A program made the position numbers and the translations under genes. Under the pieces are notes generated by a model. That model had not been told where the DNA came from, searched no databases, and worked only from the letters and a program-made list of their open reading frames with translations. This document shows, piece by piece, positions 52,137 through 61,083 of a stretch of DNA of 64,000 nt. Within the stretch, counting starts at the first letter, position 1; each line of letters starts with the position of its first letter. Source of the DNA: Candidatus Omnitrophota bacterium (GTDB taxonomy: Bacteria > Omnitrophota > Gorgyraeia > Gygaellales > Profunditerraquicolaceae); NCBI GenBank assembly GCA_963805065.1, contig CAWDSS010000010.1, forward strand, positions 920,359-984,358, read 5' to 3'.

Positions 52137-52934
52137 ATGATACATAAAAACCGGATAGATTCAGGAATCCATCGTCATATGATAAAGTTACTGTGTTTTT
52201 GCTTATTAACTTCCTTAGCGATTTTTTTGAGTTCTTGCGCTACGGTTAGTAATCCTCCTATGCAGCAGGTGCCACAAGTCGGGAAACCTATTTGCAGCGT
52301 GGTAGGTAACAACATCATCCATATAGTAGCTCCCGGGGAAACGCTTTGGCACATAAGCAAGACCTACGGTATCCCAATGATAGATATAATACAGGCAAAT
52401 AATTTAAGGAAAGCTTCTCAGTTGGAAAAGGGGCAGCGGCTTGTAATACCGAATGCTGCCACGACAAAAGCGGTAATCCCTTTATACCAAGGCAGAAAAT
52501 GGAAGTATATTATAATCCATCACAGTGCAACCGATACAGGAGACGCATATTATTTTAATATATTGCATAGGCGTAGAGGTTGGAATGAGATAGGCTACGA
52601 TTTTGTTATAGATAATGGAACAAAAGGTAAGCAGGACGGCGCGATTGAAGTCTCGCCACGCTGGATAAACCAGGAAGACGGGGCTCATTGTCATGCCTCA
52701 GATATGAATTCCCAAGGAATCGGTATCTGCCTCGTAGGGAATTTTAGCAAAGAGCAAGTTTCTGAAAAACAGATGGATTCATTGGTATATTTGGTAAATG
52801 TTTTAAAGAAATATTATAGTATTCCCATGAGTCATATTCTGGGGCACGGCCAAGTTCCGGGAGCAAGGACAGAATGTCCTGGAAAATACTTCCCATGGCG
52901 AGAATTCAGGGATAAATTAAAGAATTGCGGATAA
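52137..52934 (+). CDS. LysM-domain N-acetylmuramoyl-L-alanine amidase (Amidase_2/PGRP type)
   Basis: Lipobox FLSSC; LysM (HIVAPGETLWHISKTYGI...LVIP); amidase motifs IIIHHSAT, GYDFVID, TECPG. Confidence 0.85.
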   Translation: MIHKNRIDSGIHRHMIKLLCFCLLTSLAIFLSSCATVSNPPMQQVPQVGKPICSVVGNNIIHIVAPGETLWHISKTYGIPMIDIIQANNLRKASQLEKGQRLVIPNAATTKAVIPLYQGRKWKYIIIHHSATDTGDAYYFNILHRRRGWNEIGYDFVIDNGTKGKQDGAIEVSPRWINQEDGAHCHASDMNSQGIGICLVGNFSKEQVSEKQMDSLVYLVNVLKKYYSIPMSHILGHGQVPGARTECPGKYFPWREFRDKLKNCG

Positions 52935-53061
52935 TACGTTAACAAGGATTAAATGAAACATTATAAAATAATAATAGTAATTATTTTTCTTACAATAATT
53001 TCCTTTTGGATATTTCACAATTTAATAAGCCTAAAAAGCTATTAAAGCATAAAGTTAAGCC

Positions 53062-53754
53062 GTGTCAGCGGCAGTTAGGGGCCGTATAGCTATAGTGCTT
53101 GATGATTGGGGTTATAATATGACCAATATTCCCGCCCTTTCTGATATAAAGGATCCTATAACGATATCCATCCTCCCTAATTTGCCATACTCAAAGCAAG
53201 TTGCTGAAGATGTTAAGAAAAGGGGTTATCAAGTCATACTGCATCTTCCTTTGGAATCTAAAGGTAATGAGCATCCGGAAAAAGATACGCTTTATTGCAA
53301 TATGGGTGAACGTGAAATAACCGAAAAGCTTAAACAAATGTTAACGAGTATTCCGGGTATATCAGGCGTAAATAACCACCAGGGTTCTAAAGCCACTGAA
53401 GATGCAAGAATGATGAGTATTGTATTATCAGAATTAAAGAGGGAAGGGCTATTCTTTTTGGATAGTTTTAGTACCAATAAATCAGTTTGTTCAAAAGTCG
53501 CAAAGGCAATAGGAATAAGATATGCCAAAAGAGATATTTTTATGGATATGCCACCCTCTAAATTACAAGATAGTGAACTTCGTGTCTATATACAAGGACA
53601 ATTAGATAAATTGTGTGGAATTGCGATAAAAAAAGGATATGCTATTGGTATAGGACATAGCCGGAAGGTGACGTTGGATGTATTGAGAAATGTTATCCCT
53701 CAATTGAAAAAGAAAGGGATAAAGTTTGTTTTTGTTTCGGAATTGGTAAGATGA
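53062..53754 (+). CDS. Divergent polysaccharide deacetylase (YibQ-like)
   Basis: RIAIVLDDWGYN, NNHQGS. GTG start. A 30-aa TM mini-ORF (52953-53045) in another frame may be its displaced N-terminus. Confidence 0.7.
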   Translation: MSAAVRGRIAIVLDDWGYNMTNIPALSDIKDPITISILPNLPYSKQVAEDVKKRGYQVILHLPLESKGNEHPEKDTLYCNMGEREITEKLKQMLTSIPGISGVNNHQGSKATEDARMMSIVLSELKREGLFFLDSFSTNKSVCSKVAKAIGIRYAKRDIFMDMPPSKLQDSELRVYIQGQLDKLCGIAIKKGYAIGIGHSRKVTLDVLRNVIPQLKKKGIKFVFVSELVR

Positions 53755-53782
53755 CCTTGAAGGAGCTAATGAGGTAGAAAAA

Positions 53783-54607
53783 ATGTCCATAAAACAAAAG
53801 AAGATTCTAAAAATAGTTGCAAAAACAACTGTAGGGTTATTGATATGTATAGCAGGTTTTTATTTCTTTTGGCTTTACCCGAGATATACGGTTCCCATAC
53901 TTACTTATCATAGCTTTGATTATGCAAAAGGATTGTTATCCGTTTCCCCGGAAAACTTTGAAAGACAGATGCGCTATCTTAAAGATGAGGGCTTCAGAGT
54001 TATCCCCTTAGATGAATTGGTTGAGGGTATAAAAAATAAGAAAAAGTTTGCACATAATGCCGTTGTTATTACCATAGACGACGGTTATGAAAATAACTTT
54101 ACTTACGCCTATCCCATCTTGGAAAAATATGGTTTTCCAGCGGTAATATTCTTAATTACTAATAACATGGGAACCAATGCAGGTTTTTTGAATTGGGACG
54201 AAGTTAAAGAGATGTCTAAGCATAACATTTCTTTTGGCGGGCATACAAAAAACCATGTTTATTTGCCTTCAGTAAAGAAAGAAGATATTCTATGGGATGA
54301 AATAGCCGGCTGTAAAAAAGCTATTGAAGAGCACACCGGAATACCGGTTGATTATTTTTGTTATCCCTTGGGCGGGTTTACAGAAGAAGCGGAAATGGTG
54401 GCTAAGAGAGCAGGATATAAAGGAGCTTGTGTAACTAACCGTGGCGACGATATATTGAATAAGTATAATGTTTATGAATTAAATAGAGTTTCCGTGAGAA
54501 ATGGTAATCCGTATTTTTCATTCTCTAACTTTTTTGCTCCAATTAGATTCCGGGCTAAATTAACAGGTTATTACAATATTTTCAGAAAAGAGAAAAGGGG
54601 AGAATAA
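53783..54607 (+). CDS. Polysaccharide deacetylase (NodB domain) with an N-terminal TM anchor
   Basis: VVITIDDGYEN, GGHTKNHV. Confidence 0.85.
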   Translation: MSIKQKKILKIVAKTTVGLLICIAGFYFFWLYPRYTVPILTYHSFDYAKGLLSVSPENFERQMRYLKDEGFRVIPLDELVEGIKNKKKFAHNAVVITIDDGYENNFTYAYPILEKYGFPAVIFLITNNMGTNAGFLNWDEVKEMSKHNISFGGHTKNHVYLPSVKKEDILWDEIAGCKKAIEEHTGIPVDYFCYPLGGFTEEAEMVAKRAGYKGACVTNRGDDILNKYNVYELNRVSVRNGNPYFSFSNFFAPIRFRAKLTGYYNIFRKEKRGE

Positions 54608-54630
54608 ACAATCGTAGCAAGTTCATTACA

Positions 54631-54709
54631 GAGAAACATCGGGCTGGACTTAAAACGTTTCAGCCCTTTTTGTTTACTATTACCATTTTGAAATGGAAGT
54701 GGTATAATT
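54631..54709 (+). repeat. 79-bp perfect direct repeat, copy B
   Basis: Identical to 36204-36282. Confidence 0.9.
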
Positions 54710-54740
54710 AATATTCGCACTGTCGGCAGGAGCTTATAAT

Positions 54741-55925
54741 ATGAAAAGCAGAATATCTGTAATTCTTTTATTCACTTTCGCGCTGATTTTTTCCGTAGTC
54801 AACCTTTCATATAGCAAAGAAGATGCCTCAAATTTACCTACCTTAATTGTTTTTTACTCTCCCGGTTGCCATAGTTGTATCCATATCAGAAATGAAATAA
54901 TGCCGGGTATCGAATTAAAGTTTAAGGGCAAAATTACCGTAGAATACCGCGATATCGATAATATCGAAAATTATAAGCTGCTTTTGAGCCTCGAAGAAAA
55001 ATACCACTCTACTATTACCAATGATCTCCCTGTTTTTTTCTTTTCCGGTAAGTTTGTAAACGGTAAGGGTAATATTAAGGAGAACTTAAATTCGCTGCTT
55101 GCGAATTTACCAAACGCAGCTAATGTTCAAAAGGAATCACTGCCAAGGGTTGATTTGATTCAGCGTTTTAAAGCTTTTACTCCTGCTGCAATCATCGCCG
55201 TAGGATTAATTGATGGCATAAACCCCTGCGCGGTTACGGTTATCGTTTTCTTCATGTCTTTTCTGGCTTTCCAGGGTTACAGGAAGCGCGAAATAGTGGT
55301 CATCGGCCTGATTTTTATATTCTCGGTGTATCTGACTTATGTATTAATCGGCTTGGGGATTTTTGAGTTTCTCTATAAGCTGAAGGGGTTCTGGCTACTC
55401 ACAAAAATAATCAATATTACGGTTGGCGTTATCAGTATTACCTTTAGCATATACGCACTTTATGATTTTATTCAATACAAAAAGACAAAGTCAACCGATG
55501 ACATGCTTTTATCTTTGCCTAAGGGCATAAAGAATCAGATACATAAGGTTATCGGAGTGCATTATCGGGCACATAATAAGCCTCAAGACAGCACTTTTAA
55601 GAAACATCTTCTCGGCCTGGCCTTAAGCGCTCTGATTACCGGATTTTTAGTTTCAGTGTTGGAGGCGGTTTGCGTTGCCAAGATTTATCTACCTACCATA
55701 ATTTTTGTTTTAAAGACTACCGAGCCTTAAATTAAAAGCCCTGTCTTATCTTTTGTTGTATAACCTCTTGTTTGTCCTGCCTTTATTTATAATATTTCTT
55801 TTTGCGCTTTTCGGTACGACTTCCGAGCGTTTTTCAGCCATATTAAAGGGGCATCTGGGAACGATTAAGATATTGATGGGAATTATGTTTCTTGGCTTAG
55901 GGTTATTCCTGATTTTGCGGGCGTA
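54741..55925 (+). pseudogene. Thioredoxin-fold / DsbD(CcdA)-like membrane protein gene interrupted by a frameshift near 55715-55730
   Basis: ORF 54741-55730 (CHSC thioredoxin-like motif, GINPCAV TM motif) stops at TAA. The expected C-terminal TM region (LKALSYLLLYNLLFVLPLFIIF...) continues in the +1 frame to 55925. Confidence 0.6.
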
Positions 55926-55937
55926 GAGGCTATAACT

Positions 55938-56330
55938 ATGCGCAGGCTTAAGTTAAGGTATTTTTTTCTTATATTTGTATGTATCTTCGCTCTTTCATGT
56001 TCTCAAAGAGATACCTCAACGGCTTCGCTTCCGGAATCCAATAAAAGTTATGTCAGTGACGTTCAGGCAGGGGACTTTGCTCCAGGCCAGCTTGAGGCGC
56101 ATTATCTTAAGCACGGGTATCAGTTTGGCAATATCACCCAAGAAGAGTATTTAGAAAACGCAAGGGCGCTTTTAAATACTCCGGCAGGAAAGGATGTCTT
56201 AGAAAAAACAAGATCTAATGGCGATGTTTTGCATTATAGGCTAAGCACAGGAGAATTTGCAGTTATGGCTAGAGATGGCCGGATCAGGACATATTTTAAA
56301 ACGGATTATCAGTACTGGATGAGACAATGA
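55938..56330 (+). CDS. Lipoprotein with a C-terminal domain resembling small secreted RNase-type toxin domains
   Basis: Lipobox FALSC. The C-terminus (LEAHYLKHGYQFGNITQEEYLENARALL...GDVLHYRLSTGEFAVMARDGRIRTYFK) follows a pattern I associate with CdiA-CT/BECR-like toxin domains. Unverified. Confidence 0.45.
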   Translation: MRRLKLRYFFLIFVCIFALSCSQRDTSTASLPESNKSYVSDVQAGDFAPGQLEAHYLKHGYQFGNITQEEYLENARALLNTPAGKDVLEKTRSNGDVLHYRLSTGEFAVMARDGRIRTYFKTDYQYWMRQ

Positions 56331-56599
56331 GCGAAGAGCATCATATATGTCCGGTATGCGGATTCGATAAATTAAAGGACCCTCCTTATAACAAGTTAAA
56401 CGAACCTTCTTATGAAATCTGTCCGTGTTGCGGTTTTGAGTTTGGGCTTGATGGGGTTAATAACCAAATAGCCTTCACTGATTTTCGCCAGCGCTGGATT
56501 AAAAGCGGTGCTAATTGGTTTATGCCAAAATTAAAACCGAAAAGTTGGGATCTCAAGAGACAATTGAGTAACCTCAATAAAGATAAAATAATCAGGTAA
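56327..56599 (+). CDS. CPCC-type cysteine-rich (zinc-ribbon) small protein
   Basis: ATGA overlap with the upstream gene. CPVCG...YEICPCCGFEFG pattern. Confidence 0.6.
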   Translation: MSEEHHICPVCGFDKLKDPPYNKLNEPSYEICPCCGFEFGLDGVNNQIAFTDFRQRWIKSGANWFMPKLKPKSWDLKRQLSNLNKDKIIR

Positions 56600-56633
56600 C
56601 ATTTGTTTCCTTGGGCAAATAGGAGAATACGGA

Positions 56634-58301
56634 ATGTGCAGCAACGAAAGTCAACAGTCTAAAAGGCCGCCTTTTCTAATCCCCGCACTTATTATATCTA
56701 TTATTGGCATAACGGCATTTGTCTATTCTTTGTCTCTGTCTGCTGGTTTTGTAAACTGGGACGACCTTGACATAGTTGTTAACAATGTATTTATCCGTTC
56801 ATTTAATGCTTCATCACTAAAATGGATGTTTACTACCTTTGATAGCGGTAACTGGATTCCCCTGACATGGGTTACGCATGCAGCGGTATATCATTTCTGG
56901 AAGCTTAATCCTGAAATGCACCATTTGATAAACGTGGTTATCCATTGTTGCAATGCAATCCTGGTATTTTATATATTTTCTACTATCCTTTCTTTAATAA
57001 GAAAGAAAGAGCAAGAGCCTGCGATATACTCCCAAAGGGCAATTTTAATGACCGCTTGGCTTGCCGCCACAATATGGAGCATCCATCCTTTAAATGTTGA
57101 ATCTGTGGCCTGGGTTACCGAGGTTAAAGGCCTGGGTTGTGCTTTTTTCTTTTTCCTGAGCATACTGGTATACCTGCAGTATTGCACATCCGTTTCAAAA
57201 AGATTTCTGGCCCTGTCGCTTTCATTCGGCTGCTTTATCCTCTCCTTGTTATTTAAGCCCATGAGTATTACACTCCCCCTGGTCCTTGTTTTGCTTGATG
57301 TGTGGCCGTTAAGAAGGTTAATTAAAGGCTCAGGGCTACGGATATTTCTTGAAAAACTACCCTTCTTTTTAACATCGCTGGTATTCAGTTTGGTAGTAGT
57401 TAGGGCTCAGGCTTCGCTAAACGCTGTTGCCGGAATTGAGAGGCTGCCGTTTCCCTATAGAATCATGAATGCTTTTCATTCCATTGCGTTTTATTTACAA
57501 AAGATATTTATGCCTTTAAGACTTGTGCCATTTTATCCCTATCCTGGCTTTGACAAAGTATTGCATTCTTTCGGATACGTGGCTGCGCCTCTGGTTGTCA
57601 TTATTATTACCTTGGCTTGCATTGCCTGGAGCGGAAAGAAAAAGGCCTATATGTTGACAGCTTGGGTATTCTTTATCGTGACATTGATTCCCGTGCTGGG
57701 AATAATACAAGTAGGAAGCCAGGCTGCAGCAGACAGGTATACTTATATTCCCAGCACAAGCATCATATTGTTATTTAGCGCCTGGTTTATATCTAGGTCA
57801 AGAGAGTTGTTAAAACCGGTATCCCTGATACCCGTTGCCATTATAATCTTCTTCGGGTTTTCCACGATGAAACAGATAGGCATTTGGAAAGATTCACTTA
57901 CTCTCTGGCAGTATGTTGCTAAAATATATCCCAATTCTTCAAGGATAATCACGGGAAATTTAGGCTTGGCGTATTTGGAGGTTGGGGACAAGGAAGAAGC
58001 CATAGCAATGTTTGACAAGACGCTTGAGCTTAGCCCCGATGATGTTTTGGCTTATAATAACCTAGGGCTGGTTTATCAAAGCAAGGGAGATTATGACAAA
58101 GCTATGTATTATCTCAACAGGGCAATTAAGATTAGCCCTGATTATGCCAATGCCTACTACAATCGGGCAATCGTTTACTATTTAAAACAAGAGTATGCTT
58201 TAGCGAAGGTTGATGCCTATAAAGCTGAAGAACTGGGCTATGAAGTTGACCCTAAATTCCTTGAAGGCCTAATGAAGAAAACTTCCGGAAGAGAAAAATA
58301 A
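56634..58301 (+). CDS. GT-C-type (PMT/TMTC-like) membrane glycosyltransferase with C-terminal TPR repeats
   Basis: About 11 TM helices, first-loop FVNWDD acidic motif, C-terminal TPR units. Confidence 0.65.
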   Translation: MCSNESQQSKRPPFLIPALIISIIGITAFVYSLSLSAGFVNWDDLDIVVNNVFIRSFNASSLKWMFTTFDSGNWIPLTWVTHAAVYHFWKLNPEMHHLINVVIHCCNAILVFYIFSTILSLIRKKEQEPAIYSQRAILMTAWLAATIWSIHPLNVESVAWVTEVKGLGCAFFFFLSILVYLQYCTSVSKRFLALSLSFGCFILSLLFKPMSITLPLVLVLLDVWPLRRLIKGSGLRIFLEKLPFFLTSLVFSLVVVRAQASLNAVAGIERLPFPYRIMNAFHSIAFYLQKIFMPLRLVPFYPYPGFDKVLHSFGYVAAPLVVIIITLACIAWSGKKKAYMLTAWVFFIVTLIPVLGIIQVGSQAAADRYTYIPSTSIILLFSAWFISRSRELLKPVSLIPVAIIIFFGFSTMKQIGIWKDSLTLWQYVAKIYPNSSRIITGNLGLAYLEVGDKEEAIAMFDKTLELSPDDVLAYNNLGLVYQSKGDYDKAMYYLNRAIKISPDYANAYYNRAIVYYLKQEYALAKVDAYKAEELGYEVDPKFLEGLMKKTSGREK

Positions 58302-58371
58302 ATAGAATATATTGCAGATAATTTTATTTTGGAGTAAAATAATAAAAAGGTTAATCATAAGCAGGAGGGTA

Positions 58372-59031
58372 ATGATGAATATCCGGCCGCAAAATCTAAG
58401 AAGCGCAGGTATTCTGGTTTTATTGATAATATTCTTGTCTTCGTGTGATTTTTTCAATAAAGAAACTGCAGGAGAAGCCATGGCTAAAGGGCTTGACTAT
58501 TATAATAACGGCAAATATAGCCAGGCTATCCTGGAATTTAGCAAAGTGATTAAAATTATTCCTAAGTATGTTGTCGCCTACAATAATCGGGGCATTGCTT
58601 ACAGCAATAGGGGTGATTTTAACCAGGCCATCTTGGATTTTGACAAGGTCATCGCACTTGAGCCTAAATATGCCGAAGCCTACAATAATCGGGGCATTGC
58701 TTACAGCAATCAAGGAAACTTTGACAAAGCCATTATTGATTTCAACAAAGCCATTGAACTTAATCCTAAGCTTAGCGCCCAAGCCTACTACAACCGCGGC
58801 CTAGCCTATGTTAACAAAAACAACTTAGACCAGGCAATTTCAGACTTCAGCAAAGCCATTGAACTCAGCCCCAAGTTTTCTGATACCTATGGTAACCGGG
58901 CAATCGCTTATCTTGCCAAGAAAGAATATGACAAATCCTGGCTAGATGTGCATAAGGTAGAAGAGCTGGGAGGCATAGTTAATCCTCGATTCCTCGAAAA
59001 TCTAAAGAAAGCTTCAGGAAAAGAAAAATAA
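58372..59031 (+). CDS. TPR-repeat lipoprotein
   Basis: Start placed at the internal ATG (MMNIRPQ). Lipobox FLSSC and five or more TPR units (AYNNRGIAYSN...). Confidence 0.75.
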   Translation: MMNIRPQNLRSAGILVLLIIFLSSCDFFNKETAGEAMAKGLDYYNNGKYSQAILEFSKVIKIIPKYVVAYNNRGIAYSNRGDFNQAILDFDKVIALEPKYAEAYNNRGIAYSNQGNFDKAIIDFNKAIELNPKLSAQAYYNRGLAYVNKNNLDQAISDFSKAIELSPKFSDTYGNRAIAYLAKKEYDKSWLDVHKVEELGGIVNPRFLENLKKASGKEK

Positions 59032-59069
59032 TCCCATTTGTATAATATTAAAGTAAACTAGAGATTATT

Positions 59070-60212
59070 ATGGAAGCGCTTAGTGCGTTATGGACATTTC
59101 CGGCAATAATCTTAGCTGCCATGTTTATTACTTGGGCAGCTGAGTGCGGCCAATTTTTTATTTCACAGGGCCTGGCTTTGGCTGTTCTGGCATGGATACA
59201 GACGCTGCCGGAATTTGCGGTTGAAGCTGTGATTGCATTTACAGCAGCCAAAGATCCGTCCAAGGTGCATCTGATTACTGCTAACTATACGGGTTCTTTA
59301 AGGCTGTTCGTGGGCTTAGGATGGCCTATGGTTTATTTCGTAGCATTCTTTTTTGCCAAAAAGCGCGCAGGTAAGAATAAGGGGCCCTGGGCTATAGAAA
59401 TGGAAGATGAAGATTCTACGGCAATTCTTTCGCTTTTGCCGGCATTGCTTTACTTTTTGGTGATTTATTTCAAAGGCAGTTTGAATATTTTCGACGGGTT
59501 GGTGCTTAGTGCCATATATTTTACTTACCTGTATCTTTTATCAAAAATACCCCCTCATGATAAGGAGGAGATAGAAGACTTAGGCAGGATTCCCAAGTAC
59601 ATCATGCGTTTCAAGCCCCCTGTTAACATCCTATGGATATGCGTTTTCTTTGCCGTAGGCGCGGTTATTTTGTATTTTTCCGCCCACCCGTTTCTTAATT
59701 CCATGCTTGCTTTGGCAGTTTCCTTCGGGATTTCGCAATTTATTTTTGTGCAGTGGGTGGCGCCGTTCTTAAGCGAGTTTCCCGAGAAACTCTCGGCATT
59801 TTACTGGGCAAGAAAAGTAACCAAGGCGCCTATGGCGCTTTCTAATTTTGTTTCCTCATCTATCAACCAATGGACAATTCTTGTGGCGATGATTCCCTTT
59901 ATTTATTCTTTCGCTTCGGGCAGGGTCTGTCCGGTTATTTTTGACGAACATCAGAAGCTGGAAATACTTTTGACTATTATGCAGTCGTATCTGGGTTTTC
60001 TTTTACTAGTGAGTATGGATTTTCAGTTGTGGGAAGCCGCTGCCTTATTTATATTATGGCTTACCCAATTCTTAATGCCTTGGACACGTAATGGAATAAC
60101 CTGGGTTTATGGAGCCTGGGCCCTGATTGAAACATTAAGGTTAGCCGGGAATTTCCGGAAAAGAAACGCATTTCAAGCCTTCCTAAAATTAAGCAAAAAG
60201 CCTGCCAACTAA
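59070..60212 (+). CDS. Polytopic membrane protein, possible CaCA-type cation antiporter
   Basis: About 10 TM helices. TLPEFAVE and SEFPEK segments resemble alpha-repeat motifs. Weak call. Confidence 0.5.
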   Translation: MEALSALWTFPAIILAAMFITWAAECGQFFISQGLALAVLAWIQTLPEFAVEAVIAFTAAKDPSKVHLITANYTGSLRLFVGLGWPMVYFVAFFFAKKRAGKNKGPWAIEMEDEDSTAILSLLPALLYFLVIYFKGSLNIFDGLVLSAIYFTYLYLLSKIPPHDKEEIEDLGRIPKYIMRFKPPVNILWICVFFAVGAVILYFSAHPFLNSMLALAVSFGISQFIFVQWVAPFLSEFPEKLSAFYWARKVTKAPMALSNFVSSSINQWTILVAMIPFIYSFASGRVCPVIFDEHQKLEILLTIMQSYLGFLLLVSMDFQLWEAAALFILWLTQFLMPWTRNGITWVYGAWALIETLRLAGNFRKRNAFQAFLKLSKKPAN

Positions 60213-60213
60213 A

Positions 60214-60269
60214 ATCCCCGCAACAATTAGGAATTTACATTAGAGTAATATTCCAATTAGTGCGGGGAT
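60214..60269. terminator. Possible bidirectional terminator between convergent genes
   Basis: ATCCCCGCA (60214-60222) pairs with TGCGGGGAT (60261-60269), with a large loop. Confidence 0.35.
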
Positions 60270-60291
60270 ATTCTTTAAGAAGTCGCTAACC

Positions 60292-60492
60292 TTATGCCTT
60301 GGTTACGTTTGTTGCTTGTTCGCCTTTTGGGCCTTGCGTAATTTCGAATTCTACTTCATCACCCTCTGCCAGAGATTTATAACCGTCTCCTGTAATAGCG
60401 CTAAAGTGCACGAATACGTCCTTACCGGTGTCAGAAGTGATAAAGCCATAACCTTTTTGATTGCTAAACCACTTTACTTTTCCTTTTGCCAT
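60292..60492 (-). CDS. cspA: Cold-shock protein (CspA family), second paralog
   Basis: 66 aa with KGYGFI and VFVHF motifs. Confidence 0.95.
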   Translation of the reverse strand: MAKGKVKWFSNQKGYGFITSDTGKDVFVHFSAITGDGYKSLAEGDEVEFEITQGPKGEQATNVTKA

Positions 60493-60518
60493 TTGTTACT
60501 ATTTCACCCCCTTTGCAA

Positions 60519-60563
60519 TAAAAAACCGCAAAGCTTTTTAAGTTACTTCCTTAGCTTTACGGT
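60519..60563 (-). terminator. Terminator-like hairpin plus U-run inside the csp-2 leader
   Basis: On the minus strand, AACCGTAAAGCT...AGCTTTGCGGTT is followed by TTTTTT, ~27 nt upstream of the ATG. The promoter TTGACA-N17-TAGACT lies further upstream on the minus strand. Confidence 0.55.
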
Positions 60564-60658
60564 TTTAGTTAACACTTGCAAAATCGTTACTTCTCCTTGC
60601 ATCTTAACTAATGGCAGTCTACCATGTTTTTGGGTTTTGTCAACTGATTTTTAACGGG

Positions 60659-60686
60659 TTGACTATCCCTGAAAAATTGATATAAT
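60659..60686 (+). promoter_or_regulatory. Promoter of tRNA-Thr
   Basis: TTGACT (60659-60664), 16-nt spacer, TATAAT (60681-60686). Confidence 0.7.
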
Positions 60687-60700
60687 TATCTAGCATTGAT

Positions 60701-60776
60701 GCCGATGTAGCTCAGCTGGTAGAGCAGGACTTTCGTAAAGTCAAGGTCGGTGGTTCGATTCCACTCATCGGCTCCA
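60701..60776 (+). tRNA. tRNA-Thr (CGT)
   Basis: Manual cloverleaf: acceptor GCCGATG/CATCGGC, D arm GCTC-AGCTGGTA-GAGC, anticodon loop TTCGTAA, T arm GGTGG-TTCGATT-CCACT, encoded CCA. Confidence 0.9.
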
Positions 60777-60783
60777 TATAAAA

Positions 60784-60813
60784 AGAGAGGGTTTTTATAA
60801 CCCTCTCTTTTTG
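60784..60813 (+). terminator. Rho-independent terminator after tRNA-Thr
   Basis: AGAGAGGGTT-TTTAT-AACCCTCTCT followed by TTTTT. Confidence 0.85.
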
Positions 60814-61083
60814 TTGTAGTTGGGCGTAATTGCTTGATATTTAAAGCAGTTACGCCTTTTTGTTTATTTAGAAATATTTGTAAGGTTTTGTAGGGTTTTG
60901 ATTCTTATTGGCGTCTTATTGGCTTGAAAGTGCACGGTAGAGATAAAGCGTAGTTAAACAGTTGTTTATATACACCCTCTAGCCTATACCTACTTATCAG
61001 TGCAGGCAGGCATTTTTCCCTTGGTAAGTAATGGCTAGCTGGTTCTGGGAATCCATCTCAAAAGGATGGGACTAGTATAAACT

